Shown here: positions 37,501 to 46,809 of the stretch, piece after piece
Layout: each line of letters starts with the position of its first letter
Numbering within the stretch: position 1 is the first letter of the stretch
Source of the DNA: Thermoplasmataceae archaeon
Lineage (GTDB): Archaea > Thermoplasmatota > Thermoplasmata > Thermoplasmatales > Thermoplasmataceae
Assembly: GCA_038729325.1 (NCBI GenBank)
Contig: JAVYSG010000001.1
Coordinates: 1 to 50,064, forward strand
Length of the DNA stretch: 50,064 nucleotides
Reading direction: 5' to 3'
Notes under the pieces: model-generated
Seen by the model: the letters and a program-made list of their open reading frames with translations, nothing else
What the model was told of the DNA's origin: nothing
Database searches by the model: none
Made by a program: the position numbers and the translations under genes

Positions 37501-38922
37501 TCATCTGTCAGACAACTTCCGCCTGCGTCTTGATTTAATAACCAGTGGAACCGGGAAGAGGGAAAATATCGCTGCAATGATGAAAGCGATCTGCGTTGCA
37601 TGAATGAATGCTCCTGTGAAATTTTCAACAGCAGGTGTTGTTATCCCCAGAAATATCGAATCAACAATGGATCCGGGCACGTAGGCAGAAATCACGATGA
37701 AAACTACTGTAAGTCCAAGGACAGAGCCCAGATTGAGCATAAGAGTCCTTACACCAGCTGTTTCCCCCCTCTTTCCCGGTGGGACAGACAGCATGGTAAC
37801 AGTACTGTTTGGTGTGTAGAAAAGCCCACTTCCGGCACCAGCCACAGCCATGGCTGTACCAAGAAGGACATAACTGGATGCACTGAATGCCACAGCCGCA
37901 AGCAGCAGGGCCCCGAGGCCGGATAGTATGAGCCCAAGAGATTCCATTCCGGATGGGGAAAGTTTCCCCTTCAGGTTACCTGAAAGAAAACTGAATACGC
38001 CCATTGCACCTGCAAAGGGTATCACAAGCACCCCTGCGGTGAGAGGATTCTTCTCAAGTGGGCCCTGAAGGAACAGGATGAGTATGAAGAGTACCGAAAA
38101 CCTTGCAATTGAACCTCCCACAAGTGCGATTATTGAATCTCTGAATGCATTGATCCTGAATAGGGTTGGATCAATGATGGGCCTTCTGGATACAGTTTCC
38201 TGATATAAGAACAATGACAGAAACAGCAGGAGTGCAACAAGAAGCCCGATAAATATAGCTGACCTGAATGAGATTCCAGGTAGAATCGTCATGAATACAA
38301 TGGCTGTAACGATTGTGAGAGAAAGAAGTACTGCCCCCCGTACATCTATGTGAGCTGAAATTTTACTGGGTATTTCCCTTATTGTGACAGTGGATGCAAT
38401 GAAACCGTATATGGCAACTGGCATGTTGAATACGAATATATATCGCCAGTTGAATTCGGTGAGCAGCCCGCCAACAAGAGGACCAATGGAAGTCCCCAGA
38501 GCCACTATCGCTGCGTTTATGCCCATTGCTTCACCCAGCTCAGTTGGTCCGAAACTGTCTGTTAATATTGCAAGACTGTTTGAGAAGAGGAGAGCGCCAC
38601 CAATGCCCTGGACAATACGCCCTGCCAGCAGCACATCTCCACCTGTTGCCACAGATGAGATCAGGGACCCCAGGAAGAAGACGATGTATCCTGAAGAGTA
38701 GAGGCGTTTTCTTCCTATTATGTCAGAGTACTTTCCAAGAATCGGTGTCAGGACAGTCAGGGCCAGGGAATAAACCACAATGATCCATATTGCCATGAAG
38801 AAGCTTACGCGTAAACTGCGGATAATAGCAGGTATTGCAATGAGAAGTGATGATGAATTTATTACCGAAAGGAACGAGCCGGTTCCAGTAACTGCAAGAA
38901 TCCTTTTCCCGTAACTGTTCAA
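37501..38922 (-). CDS. MFS transporter, 14-TMS drug:H+ antiporter-like
   Basis: The 473-aa ORF has about 14 hydrophobic segments and a motif LGKYSDIIGRKRLY that resembles MFS motif A. Confidence 0.7.
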   Translation of the reverse strand: MNSYGKRILAVTGTGSFLSVINSSSLLIAIPAIIRSLRVSFFMAIWIIVVYSLALTVLTPILGKYSDIIGRKRLYSSGYIVFFLGSLISSVATGGDVLLAGRIVQGIGGALLFSNSLAILTDSFGPTELGEAMGINAAIVALGTSIGPLVGGLLTEFNWRYIFVFNMPVAIYGFIASTVTIREIPSKISAHIDVRGAVLLSLTIVTAIVFMTILPGISFRSAIFIGLLVALLLFLSLFLYQETVSRRPIIDPTLFRINAFRDSIIALVGGSIARFSVLFILILFLQGPLEKNPLTAGVLVIPFAGAMGVFSFLSGNLKGKLSPSGMESLGLILSGLGALLLAAVAFSASSYVLLGTAMAVAGAGSGLFYTPNSTVTMLSVPPGKRGETAGVRTLMLNLGSVLGLTVVFIVISAYVPGSIVDSIFLGITTPAVENFTGAFIHATQIAFIIAAIFSLFPVPLVIKSRRRRKLSDR

Positions 38923-38975
38923 TAGAATTGACCTGCGGTGGGTATTTAATTAAAGCTTTAAATTATTACCACGTG

Positions 38976-39497
38976 ATGGAAAGCAGGAAAGAGTTTCTGA
39001 GGAAAAAACTTCTGGAGCTTGGTGCGGTCAAGTTTGGTGAATTTGTGCTTACTTCCGGGAAAAAATCGGATTATTATGTTGACATTAAGGATGCAGCGAC
39101 AGACCCTCAGGTAGTGGAGGCAATCGGTGACGTTTTCAGCCACATGGTTAACGCTAAAGTGATCGCAGGAATGGAGCTGGGCGCTGTCCCTCTGCTTGTT
39201 TCAACTTCGCTGTCCGCAAAGATTCGCTATGTGATCATCAGAAAGGAGAGGAAACACGGCACAGGAAAACTCAACATAGGAGAAATAGTACCTGATGAGA
39301 GAGTGGACATAATCGAGGATGTGGTGACAACCGGGAACTCCATCCTGAAGACGGTGAACTTCATCAGAGAATCTGGCGGAGTTGCCACAAAGGCATACTG
39401 CGTTGTGGATAGGGAGGAGGGGGGAAAGGAACTCCTGTCGGCAAACGGTATTGAACTGCATCCGATCTTCAGGATATCTGAACTCAGGATCAGATGA
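38976..39497 (+). CDS. pyrE: orotate phosphoribosyltransferase
   Basis: It has ...GAVKFGEFVLTSGKKSDYYVD... and the PRPP-binding motif VDIIEDVVTTGNS. I chose the ATG at 38976. Confidence 0.85.
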   Translation: MESRKEFLRKKLLELGAVKFGEFVLTSGKKSDYYVDIKDAATDPQVVEAIGDVFSHMVNAKVIAGMELGAVPLLVSTSLSAKIRYVIIRKERKHGTGKLNIGEIVPDERVDIIEDVVTTGNSILKTVNFIRESGGVATKAYCVVDREEGGKELLSANGIELHPIFRISELRIR

Positions 39498-39569
39498 GCA
39501 GCCGGGGAAGTTTTAAACCAAAATTACCTTTGACACCGGGCATTTCAGGCCGGAGCACATTTCCCGCCT

Positions 39570-40220
39570 TTAAGACAGTATATCGTCTATTCTACCTATT
39601 TCAACAGGTGTTGTATCTTTTCCAACCAGAACACCCTTGCTGTTTGCCAGTATGGATGAGCCCACATACATGTTTCCAAAATTTGCTGTTCCGGACTTCA
39701 CCGGCACCTTGAAAAGGTCAGAGAGAAACTTCATCTCCTCCTCATCGGCATCCGGTGTAACAAGCATTCCCCTGGCACTGAGGACCGAAGCAGATCCCAC
39801 GGTCTTTATTCCGCCGATAGTCCCTTTCACGACCTCAACATCAAGAGCATCGGATATCTTCTTTATGGATGATGCAGTGTATCCTTTATGAACCATGGCA
39901 GCACGATCGTTTGTAACTATATCATTTCCCACGGCGTTTATGCGGTCCTTGAGATACAGGATATTCCTGTCTGATGCAAGTTTAAGCTCAAGCTTTTCAC
40001 TGTTTACAGGAAGTATGATTCCCTTTGAATTAATAACCATCAGGCTCCCTATGAGATTTGCATTGTCTATGAGTATCTTTTCGGTCTTCACCTGAAGGCC
40101 ATCTTCTATATCCCTGAGAGAGTAATCCTCAATTGGTACAGGCACGAATGCCACATCCTCCCAGACGCGGGCATATAGGCCTATAAAATTACTTCTTAGA
40201 ATAGATGTTTTTCTAATCAT
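39570..40220 (-). CDS. eif6: translation initiation factor 6 (aIF6)
   Basis: The 216-aa ORF shows eIF6 pentein repeat character (...NFIGLYA..., ...NANLIGSLMV.N.KG..., ...NAVGN..., GTANFG...VG...). It lies in the conserved S19e-L39e-L31e-aIF6 cluster. Confidence 0.9.
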   Translation of the reverse strand: MIRKTSILRSNFIGLYARVWEDVAFVPVPIEDYSLRDIEDGLQVKTEKILIDNANLIGSLMVINSKGIILPVNSEKLELKLASDRNILYLKDRINAVGNDIVTNDRAAMVHKGYTASSIKKISDALDVEVVKGTIGGIKTVGSASVLSARGMLVTPDADEEEMKFLSDLFKVPVKSGTANFGNMYVGSSILANSKGVLVGKDTTPVEIGRIDDILS

Positions 40221-40224
40221 TTAA

Positions 40225-40494
40225 TCAGGGCAACAGTACTTCAGCCGTTCCATCCTGGAGCTTGATAACCTTTACAGTGATCTTTGACTGAACGTTTTCC
40301 CTGCCCCTTTTCCATATGTCCTCATTTACTCTGGAATCAATCCATATCTTTGATTCCTCGATTCGCGTATTCTTTGAGACATACTCCCTTATCATGGATA
40401 TGGCAGTATCAGCTCTTCTGGATCTTGAGGAATCTCTGGTTCCTCTTAGTGGTATATTCATTATGGTTTCACTGGAATATTCATTTTCTACCAT
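40225..40494 (-). CDS. rpl31e: 50S ribosomal protein L31e
   Basis: The 89-aa ORF has ...IPLRG...SRSRRADTAISMIREYV...IWKRG... typical of L31e. It sits in the conserved cluster position. Confidence 0.9.
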   Translation of the reverse strand: MVENEYSSETIMNIPLRGTRDSSRSRRADTAISMIREYVSKNTRIEESKIWIDSRVNEDIWKRGRENVQSKITVKVIKLQDGTAEVLLP

Positions 40495-40502
40495 TGTTTC
40501 AC

Positions 40503-40658
40503 CTACAGTTTAAGGTTACCCCTTCTCCAGTTCCTTCTTCTTGGGTTTGTGGTTACTCTCCTGTCGGTTTTCATCATTACCCAGCCAGGAACTCGCCTGT
40601 TTTCCTTTACTTTCTTCATCAGCCTGATCTTTCTTCCAAGTTCCTTGTTTCTGCTCAA
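40503..40658 (-). CDS. rpl39e: 50S ribosomal protein L39e (TTG start; not in ORF track)
   Basis: My manual translation of the minus strand gives (M)[50 protein letters not shown], 51 aa, with stop TAG at 40505-40503. GAGGAG lies 6 nt upstream of the TTG at 40658-40656. Confidence 0.85.
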   Translation of the reverse strand: MSRNKELGRKIRLMKKVKENRRVPGWVMMKTDRRVTTNPRRRNWRRGNLKL

Positions 40659-40660
40659 TG

Positions 40661-41002
40661 TTATCTCCTCTCTATTCTTGTTTCCCTTTTTTTCTCCGTG
40701 AGTTTTGCCAGTATGTCCCTTATGTCACTGTCTGTCAGCAGGCGATTGATCCTGCCCATTGATGCAAGCTGCACCAGTTGATTCTCGACGTTTTCGGCAA
40801 GATCTGGTCTCACGAGTCTCACATTTGCCAGCCTTTCTCTTGCGTCCGGAGCAAGTATCTGTCTGAGAATCTGTTGCTTTCTGGCCTTCTCGGCCTCCTG
40901 CATTTTTCTCTGTTCTTCGATTTCCTGCTGTTCCTGCGAATTTCTCTGCATTTCCAGCAGTTTTCTTCTTCTCAGTTCCTCAAGCTCATCGTCGCTGTCC
41001 AT
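40661..41002 (-). CDS. PDCD5/TFAR19-family DNA-binding protein
   Basis: It has ...[41 protein letters not shown]... typical of the archaeal PDCD5 homologue found next to rps19e. Confidence 0.8.
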   Translation of the reverse strand: MDSDDELEELRRRKLLEMQRNSQEQQEIEEQRKMQEAEKARKQQILRQILAPDARERLANVRLVRPDLAENVENQLVQLASMGRINRLLTDSDIRDILAKLTEKKRETRIERR

Positions 41003-41012
41003 TCCCCATCAC

Positions 41013-41465
41013 TTAAAGATATTTCTCAAGAGAGGGGTTTGACTGCACCAGGCTCTTCATTACCTCCTTTGATGCCTTATCAAGGATGGATGAGCCCTGT
41101 GAAGAAACCGTTCTCCCCTTTCTGTCTTTCTTGACGTAACCCAGTGATTCAAGCTGAAGAAGCATTCTTCGGACTATAAAGCGGCTTCCCTTGGCAGGAT
41201 GATAGCTGATCGATCCTCTGTCCACTCTTCCCCCATATTCCTCGCTGAGCTTTGATATGCCTATGGGCCCGTTGAGGTAAACCTTCCTCAGGGTGGAAGC
41301 CAGTCTCTTGTAGTACCAGTCCGGATCTTCCCATGATTTCTCCCTGTGTATTCCTGCCTTAAGATATGAAGCCCATTCTGGAACCTCTACTCTCTTGTCT
41401 TCCTTAAATGTTTCTGCCAGGTTTTTCAGCAGCATATCTGGCGGTACTTTCTTAACATCTACCAT
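41013..41465 (-). CDS. rps19e: 30S ribosomal protein S19e
   Basis: The 150-aa ORF has ...VEVPEWASYLKAGIHRE..P...DWYY.R.AS.LRK.Y..GP.G... matching the S19e pattern. Confidence 0.9.
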   Translation of the reverse strand: MVDVKKVPPDMLLKNLAETFKEDKRVEVPEWASYLKAGIHREKSWEDPDWYYKRLASTLRKVYLNGPIGISKLSEEYGGRVDRGSISYHPAKGSRFIVRRMLLQLESLGYVKKDRKGRTVSSQGSSILDKASKEVMKSLVQSNPSLEKYL

Positions 41466-41680
41466 TTAACATCACGAATAAAGGTGCATTTAAAAACTGC
41501 TTATAATTCTTTCTTGTTGATGTTGAGATAATATCATGACCCTCTGTCTCTGACAATTGCTGTTTTTATACCATGACATAATGTTCTTCCGGAAGCGGTC
41601 AGGCGGGCCAGTTATTCCAGCTCCTGAAGTAATTTTACCCTGATTTCCCATTCGTTATATATCACTGAATAATTCCAGTA

Positions 41681-42433
41681 ATGATTACTGATATGGAAGA
41701 GAATCATGGTTTTCAGTTCAGTTCCTATTGCATTTCTGCCGATGGCGTGTGGAAAAGTTATGGCCATCAGGATGCCCTCAAAGGACTGACACTCCAGATC
41801 CCTTGCGGCGAGAGGGTCGCACTTATAGGCCCAAATGGAGCGGGGAAATCCACCACACTTAAGCTTCTCGCGGGACTCCTCAAACCTGATGCAGGATCCG
41901 TATCAATAAAAGGGTTTCCTCCCAACAGCTATGATGCAAAGAAATTGATAGGATATCTTCCCGAGGATGCAAGCCCTTACCTGACACTATCTGTCAGGGA
42001 AAATCTCGAATATATCGGTGCAATAAGAAATACTGCGGGTCTTGCAGATCGAATAGAATCTCTGATAGACCTTCTTGAACTCAGGGAGTTTGAAAAGGCA
42101 AGAACCTCAAGGCTATCAAGAGGGAACCGGCAAAAACTCGCCCTGGCACTGTCCATAATACATGATCCTGAAATTGTCCTGATGGACGAACCTCTCAATT
42201 ATCTTGACATTCCCACGCAGGAGAAGGTTATCAGCTTTCTTACAGATATGAAGGCAACATTCCTTGTGTCGACACATATAATGTCCATAGCAGAAAGGCT
42301 GACAGACAGGTGCTTTATCATATCTCACGGAAACAGGATATGGGAGGGCAGCATGACTGAACTCAGGGCTGAGGCCGCCAAAGATACTCCAATTGAATCC
42401 ATTGTTGCAAGGTTGATGTCCGGTGTTCACTAG
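41681..42433 (+). CDS. ABC transporter ATP-binding protein (ABC-2/DrrA-like)
   Basis: It has Walker [10 protein letters not shown], the signature LSRGNRQK, Walker [12 protein letters not shown] and the H-loop STH. Confidence 0.85.
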   Translation: MITDMEENHGFQFSSYCISADGVWKSYGHQDALKGLTLQIPCGERVALIGPNGAGKSTTLKLLAGLLKPDAGSVSIKGFPPNSYDAKKLIGYLPEDASPYLTLSVRENLEYIGAIRNTAGLADRIESLIDLLELREFEKARTSRLSRGNRQKLALALSIIHDPEIVLMDEPLNYLDIPTQEKVISFLTDMKATFLVSTHIMSIAERLTDRCFIISHGNRIWEGSMTELRAEAAKDTPIESIVARLMSGVH

Positions 42434-42437
42434 GGTA

Positions 42438-43856
42438 ATGAAGCTGATCCTGAGAACAAGGTTTTCGCCTTCTTACTTCGCTGTCATAGCATTTGTGCTC
42501 CTGTATTCGCTGATCTCACTGTCAGGAGGCGATGCTGGCAATGAATACCTTTACGGCGATCTTTATTTCACCCTGATCATAGGGGTTTTCTCCACAATCT
42601 CCATTATATTCGGAGGGATTTCAGTCACCAAATCTGACCAGGAATTCCTGCTTGTATCAGCTATCCGGAGACGCGACCTCGTTCCATCTCTTTTTACTGC
42701 TCAGTTCCTTGCATCGGGGCTCATACTTCTTGCGGCTTCACTTATAACAATATTTGGAATTTACAGGTCTTCACCCCTGGTAGGCATTGCCATTCTTGAC
42801 GTTATTCTGCTTGCACTGTTCTCTGTCTCCGTAGGGATTGTTCTCACCGACAGGTCACTTTTTCTGAGGGTCCCCCTTGCAGCTGCATCCCTGCTCTGGA
42901 TACTTTCCAGTTATCTTGGCTTCAGGTACGGTGCTATCTCATTTCTGAAATATAATCCGGTTCTGTCTCTTATTACAATCTTTCCTGTGACATTTGCCAG
43001 CATGTTTTTTGCAGTAAGAATCCTTTCAGGCGAAAATCTGCCATTCCGTGTTTCCGGAATAAGGAAACAGTCGAGCAATTTCAGGAAAACTTCCCGGTAT
43101 GAGGGGCTTTCTCCCAACACAGCTATTCTGAAACTTGGAATAACTCAGATAAGCCTCGCCACAAGGGCAAGTTCCATGGGAAACATAAAGTCGACTGCCA
43201 GGAGGATACAGTTTTCAGCAGTTCTGATAATATTCATAGTCATAGCAGTGGTATATTCCATCTATATGCTGTATTACGCCACACCTTCCGAATATGTTTC
43301 TTTTCCCGGAATCTCCGGAGTCAACCTGGTCACAGTATTTCTGATCATATACCTGGGGTCCACACCACAGATGATGATGGGCTCCGGGGCCATGGCATAT
43401 GAAAGGGCGTGGCTGTCATTCATGTCCATGGAGCCCGGAACTTATGTCAACATGCTGATTATATCAAAAATGATTCAGGCTGCGATCGCCGGGATTCCCA
43501 TAGCGGTTGCAGGTTTTCTGCTGTATCTTCTCGGAGTACATGGTACACTTATGGTCATCCCTGTCTTTGAAATTGCCAGTCCATTCATGGTAGGGGTGTA
43601 CCTTTTCATGGCATTCTCAGTCAGACCTTATCAGATGAAGGATGAAAATTACATTCCGGCGCGGTTCAGCGCAAACCAGTTTCTGATGATCCTGCCGATT
43701 ATTGGGTTTTATATCATTGCCTTCTCGATTCTTTTCGAACCGGTTTCACTTGTTTATCTGGTGGCTTTCATGGTGCTGATTCTTGTCCTGATACTTACCA
43801 GGAAGGATTACTGGGCAAGGCGTGTCAATAAAATGGTCGAAAGAGGATTCATTTAA
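42438..43856 (+). CDS. large polytopic membrane protein, putative ABC-2-type permease partner
   Basis: At about 472 aa it has many TM segments and begins 4 nt after the ATPase stop (ATG 42438; the ORF-track GTG is at 42423). Its second half carries an ABC-2-like motif, ERAWLSFMSMEP...IISK. Confidence 0.55.
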   Translation: MKLILRTRFSPSYFAVIAFVLLYSLISLSGGDAGNEYLYGDLYFTLIIGVFSTISIIFGGISVTKSDQEFLLVSAIRRRDLVPSLFTAQFLASGLILLAASLITIFGIYRSSPLVGIAILDVILLALFSVSVGIVLTDRSLFLRVPLAAASLLWILSSYLGFRYGAISFLKYNPVLSLITIFPVTFASMFFAVRILSGENLPFRVSGIRKQSSNFRKTSRYEGLSPNTAILKLGITQISLATRASSMGNIKSTARRIQFSAVLIIFIVIAVVYSIYMLYYATPSEYVSFPGISGVNLVTVFLIIYLGSTPQMMMGSGAMAYERAWLSFMSMEPGTYVNMLIISKMIQAAIAGIPIAVAGFLLYLLGVHGTLMVIPVFEIASPFMVGVYLFMAFSVRPYQMKDENYIPARFSANQFLMILPIIGFYIIAFSILFEPVSLVYLVAFMVLILVLILTRKDYWARRVNKMVERGFI

Positions 43857-43920
43857 CTCATTTAAGGGCACAGGAAAACCGGGTACTGAAACCGGGCCAC
43901 AGTTTGCCATAGCACCCCGT

Positions 43921-44736
43921 TCATGCCGAAATAATCCCTTTTAGTTTTGAAAGTGAATTTTCCAGTTCCTGGATCAATGCATTCCTGATCTTTATTCTGA
44001 TCTCTCCATCTGTAGGTTTCCAGAGGTTGTGATATCTCCCTATGAAGTCCATTGTTTCGTCAGTGATTTCCCCTTTTTTGAGTATCCAGTTAAGTCCGGC
44101 TGACACGACAAGCAGTTCCCTGTCCTCAGACAGACGCAATTCCATGGCGCTGATTCTTTCCTGTGCCATTGATATGGAGTCAATAACCTTCTGTGCTTCC
44201 TGCCTCATCTGACCAACCGTCATCTCAAGGTTGACCACCTTCGAGCTGAGGCTGTCTATTTCCTCCTTCATTCTTGATTTCTGGTCTTCCAGCATGGTTA
44301 TTTCCGATGATAGAGCTGCAGCTTCCATATCGTGCTTCTTCCTGTTTTCAGCCCATGCCAGGAAATCCCGGAATAAGTAATCGGAGATATCTGCAGATGC
44401 TTCACCGTGTGGAACATTGCCGGAAGCAGATAAGAATCTTGCCTCCACTTCCTTAAGTTCAGAAACTATGCTGATAAGATCTTCCCTGCTGATGCCATAT
44501 CTCGCGAAATATTCAGAATATTCCTTGTAAATGTCACGCTTCTCAGCTGCAGGTGCTGATTCGATGGCCTCTTCCTTTCTATTTCCAGAAACCTCCATAA
44601 CAGCTTCCTTCAGTATCCGATTCACCGTTGATATGGATATTCCGTTTTCTCTGGCAAGTTGCGCCTTTGAAATATTCCCGGCAGAATATTTTTCCACAAT
44701 GCCTCTCCTCATTTCTGAGGAAACCTTTCCGGCCAT
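43921..44736 (-). CDS. hypothetical HTH plus coiled-coil protein
   Basis: The N-terminus carries an HTH (ISKAQLARENGISISTVNRILKE). The central region is heptad-rich (EITMLEDQKSRMKEEIDSLSSKVVNLEMTVGQMRQEAQKVIDSI...). I chose the ATG at 44736. The ORF-track start at 44793 is a GTG. Confidence 0.5.
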   Translation of the reverse strand: MAGKVSSEMRRGIVEKYSAGNISKAQLARENGISISTVNRILKEAVMEVSGNRKEEAIESAPAAEKRDIYKEYSEYFARYGISREDLISIVSELKEVEARFLSASGNVPHGEASADISDYLFRDFLAWAENRKKHDMEAAALSSEITMLEDQKSRMKEEIDSLSSKVVNLEMTVGQMRQEAQKVIDSISMAQERISAMELRLSEDRELLVVSAGLNWILKKGEITDETMDFIGRYHNLWKPTDGEIRIKIRNALIQELENSLSKLKGIISA

Positions 44737-45455
44737 GACACTCAGTATGATAATCCCATCATGGAAATAACCTCTTCTGGATCTCTGAACCACATTCCGA
44801 ACATACGTTCTGATAAACAGGAAAAAAACAGTAATTTGCAGGCATTTCCAGATCAGACAGTTTTGCAGAGCTTATTCTGTACTCCTTTTCATTTTTCTGT
44901 TTTCATTAACCAGTTTCCTGAATTTTTTTATGGAACTTTACTGTTCTAAAGGACGTGGCGGATGAGCTGCCAGAAGAATTCGATGAAAAGTGGAACTTCT
45001 ATCTATGGTTGATCTGCCCTCACTGAAAACACCAGCAGTTCATTTCAGATCGCCATGCTGCAGCCCGTGAGAACAGATTTCCTTCTGAATTCTGAAACTA
45101 CGCTTAAGCTGTTCTCCACGAACATTTATGCCATTCCATACCGGGGCTCTGAAGAACTCAAGTTAAATGCAGGGAAGACCTCCGCAGTGCCATATACAGA
45201 TTCAGAAATCCTCCAGGCTACCTTTATTGGGTATATTTAACTGCACCTCTTCTGCTGAAAGCCGAAAAAACAAATAGCACGTATTTCTGCAGAGCATGGC
45301 GTATTTACCGACATTACTGATCGCTTTGTATCTTCTCATCACGGTTCTTTGGCAGAATTTCTCTCCTTCTGGCTCCAGAAGTTAGATCAACCCGGCCCGT
45401 TGTTCCATGGCAAACAGCATATGATAAATGCTTTGAAACATTTCTTCATATAAAG

Positions 45456-45539
45456 CGCTGGGAGGGAGATTTGAACTCCCGATCTACAGAGAGAACAGGT
45501 TTTCCAGACCTGCGCCCTACCAGGCTAGGCTATCCCAGC
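45456..45539 (-). tRNA. tRNA-Ser (anticodon GGA), 84 nt, long variable arm, no encoded CCA
   Basis: My manual cloverleaf fold: acceptor stem GCTGGGA/TCCCAGC, D-arm GCCT-AGCCTGGTA-GGGC, anticodon arm CAGGT-CTGGAAA-ACCTG, 15-nt variable region, T-arm GGGAG-TTCAAAT-CTCCC, discriminator G. Confidence 0.9.
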
Positions 45540-45561
45540 TTGCTTACCCCATATCAATGAC

Positions 45562-45569
45562 TTATATAA
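45562..45569 (-). promoter_or_regulatory. TATA-box-like element upstream of tRNA-Ser
   Basis: TTATATAA is centred about 27 nt upstream of the tRNA 5' end at 45539. Confidence 0.45.
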
Positions 45570-45698
45570 TTTTAGGGCAGCAATGCTCGCAGAGAATTGG
45601 GAAAGTTCGGAAATGAAGGCTGTCCCTGTATTGTAACACAGCGGCGATAAATACCTTTATTCCTGAAAATTGAGATGTGTTCATGATAGTTTAAGAAG

Positions 45699-45739
45699 GT
45701 AAGGTACTTTGAAATTTTCCCATGTGAAAGTTACCTTAC
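45699..45739. repeat. imperfect inverted repeat / hairpin (8 bp + 1-nt bulge + 4 bp, 16-nt loop)
   Basis: GTAAGGTA-CTTT (45699-45710) pairs with AAAG-T-TACCTTAC (45727-45739). The hairpin lies 40 nt downstream of the lrp stop and upstream of the tRNA promoter. Confidence 0.35.
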
Positions 45740-45778
45740 TGCCTCATTTCCATTGAATCAATGAGAGGATGAGAAAAT

Positions 45779-46255
45779 TTACTTTATGTGCTCAAACACC
45801 GGAACGGACAGAGTCTTGGATATGCCCTTCATTCCCTTGAGATTGTCCAGGACAAGTTCAGACAGTTCTTTCATGTTTCGGGCGACAGCAAGTACAATTA
45901 TGTCCCAGTTTCCGGCAATTATGGAAGCGGAAATTACGTTGTCCAGTCTGGCAATCTGTTCAACAAGTTCTCTCTGATTCACCGGAGACTTGAAGTCAAA
46001 TTCTATGAGTATATATGACATTATGCTGAAACCAAGCTTGTCGTAATCCATATCCAGAGTGTACCTTTTGATAAACCCTTCCCTCCGTAACTTCTCCATC
46101 CTTTCGAAAACGGTGGCCCGGGGAATATCAAGCTTTGACGAAATTTCTGATATTTTATCTCGGCCATTTTGCTTAAGGTGGTTTAAAATCAGAATGTCTT
46201 TTGCATCTAATTTTCCTTGCATAATCAACAAAATATTATTACTACTTAAAGTCAT
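45779..46255 (-). CDS. Lrp/AsnC family transcriptional regulator
   Basis: It has ...LDAKDILILNHLKQNGRDKISEISSKLDIPRATVFERMEKLRREGFI... followed by a C-terminal RAM/ASNC ligand domain. An alternative ATG lies at 46222. Confidence 0.85.
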   Translation of the reverse strand: MTLSSNNILLIMQGKLDAKDILILNHLKQNGRDKISEISSKLDIPRATVFERMEKLRREGFIKRYTLDMDYDKLGFSIMSYILIEFDFKSPVNQRELVEQIARLDNVISASIIAGNWDIIVLAVARNMKELSELVLDNLKGMKGISKTLSVPVFEHIK

Positions 46256-46809
46256 CTTTACAAAAGATCAATATTTATCAGAAAAAAATCACACATCGTT
46301 CATCGATATCTTAAAAATTTATCTACATTTTATAGCATTATGCTCAATATTTGACATTTTCCTCACATTATCATATATACCAGTTTAAAGATGCGGAAAG
46401 TTTATCGGATTCCATAATATCAGAAGACATTTAAAAAAATACATACTGGTGACAAATGCTTGTCCATGTGTCGCAATGGAGTCACCTTCTTGTACTATTT
46501 TGGTAGAATTTGAGCGGAATGATCTCTTCTTCTGTAGTTTCTGGCATGCGCTCCATCGCAAGCGATTGGAGTTTTCTGCTTCATCAACGGCGCCTCCTTC
46601 ATGTATACCAGAGGTTTACTCCATTTCCTGCCATTTTTCGATGGCTTATAAGGCTTCAATTCCCGCATGCCCCGCGGTACCTGGAGTTTTGTGTTTTATG
46701 ATATATATACATTTTGCTCGTCTCCCTTCCATGACGCACTTCACCCATATCGCAGGTTCAGTGGCTTTCCTGCTCAAATATATTGGTAAATATTATCAGT
46801 ATCTACTGC

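Noticed and set aside
46757-46772. The minus-strand sequence GCAGGAAAGCCAC vaguely resembles the RNase P RNA CR-I motif (GAGGAAAGUCC).
   Set aside because: It has mismatches at key positions. I saw no other conserved RNase P regions and no GC-rich helices nearby.
43857-46809. An integrated mobile element or provirus targeting tRNA-Ser.
   Set aside because: I found no integrase, transposase or recombinase ORF. I also saw no second copy of the tRNA 3' or 5' segment (an att-like direct repeat) in the flanking intergenic regions I read. Only circumstantial features remain, and they are reported as low-to-moderate interest findings.
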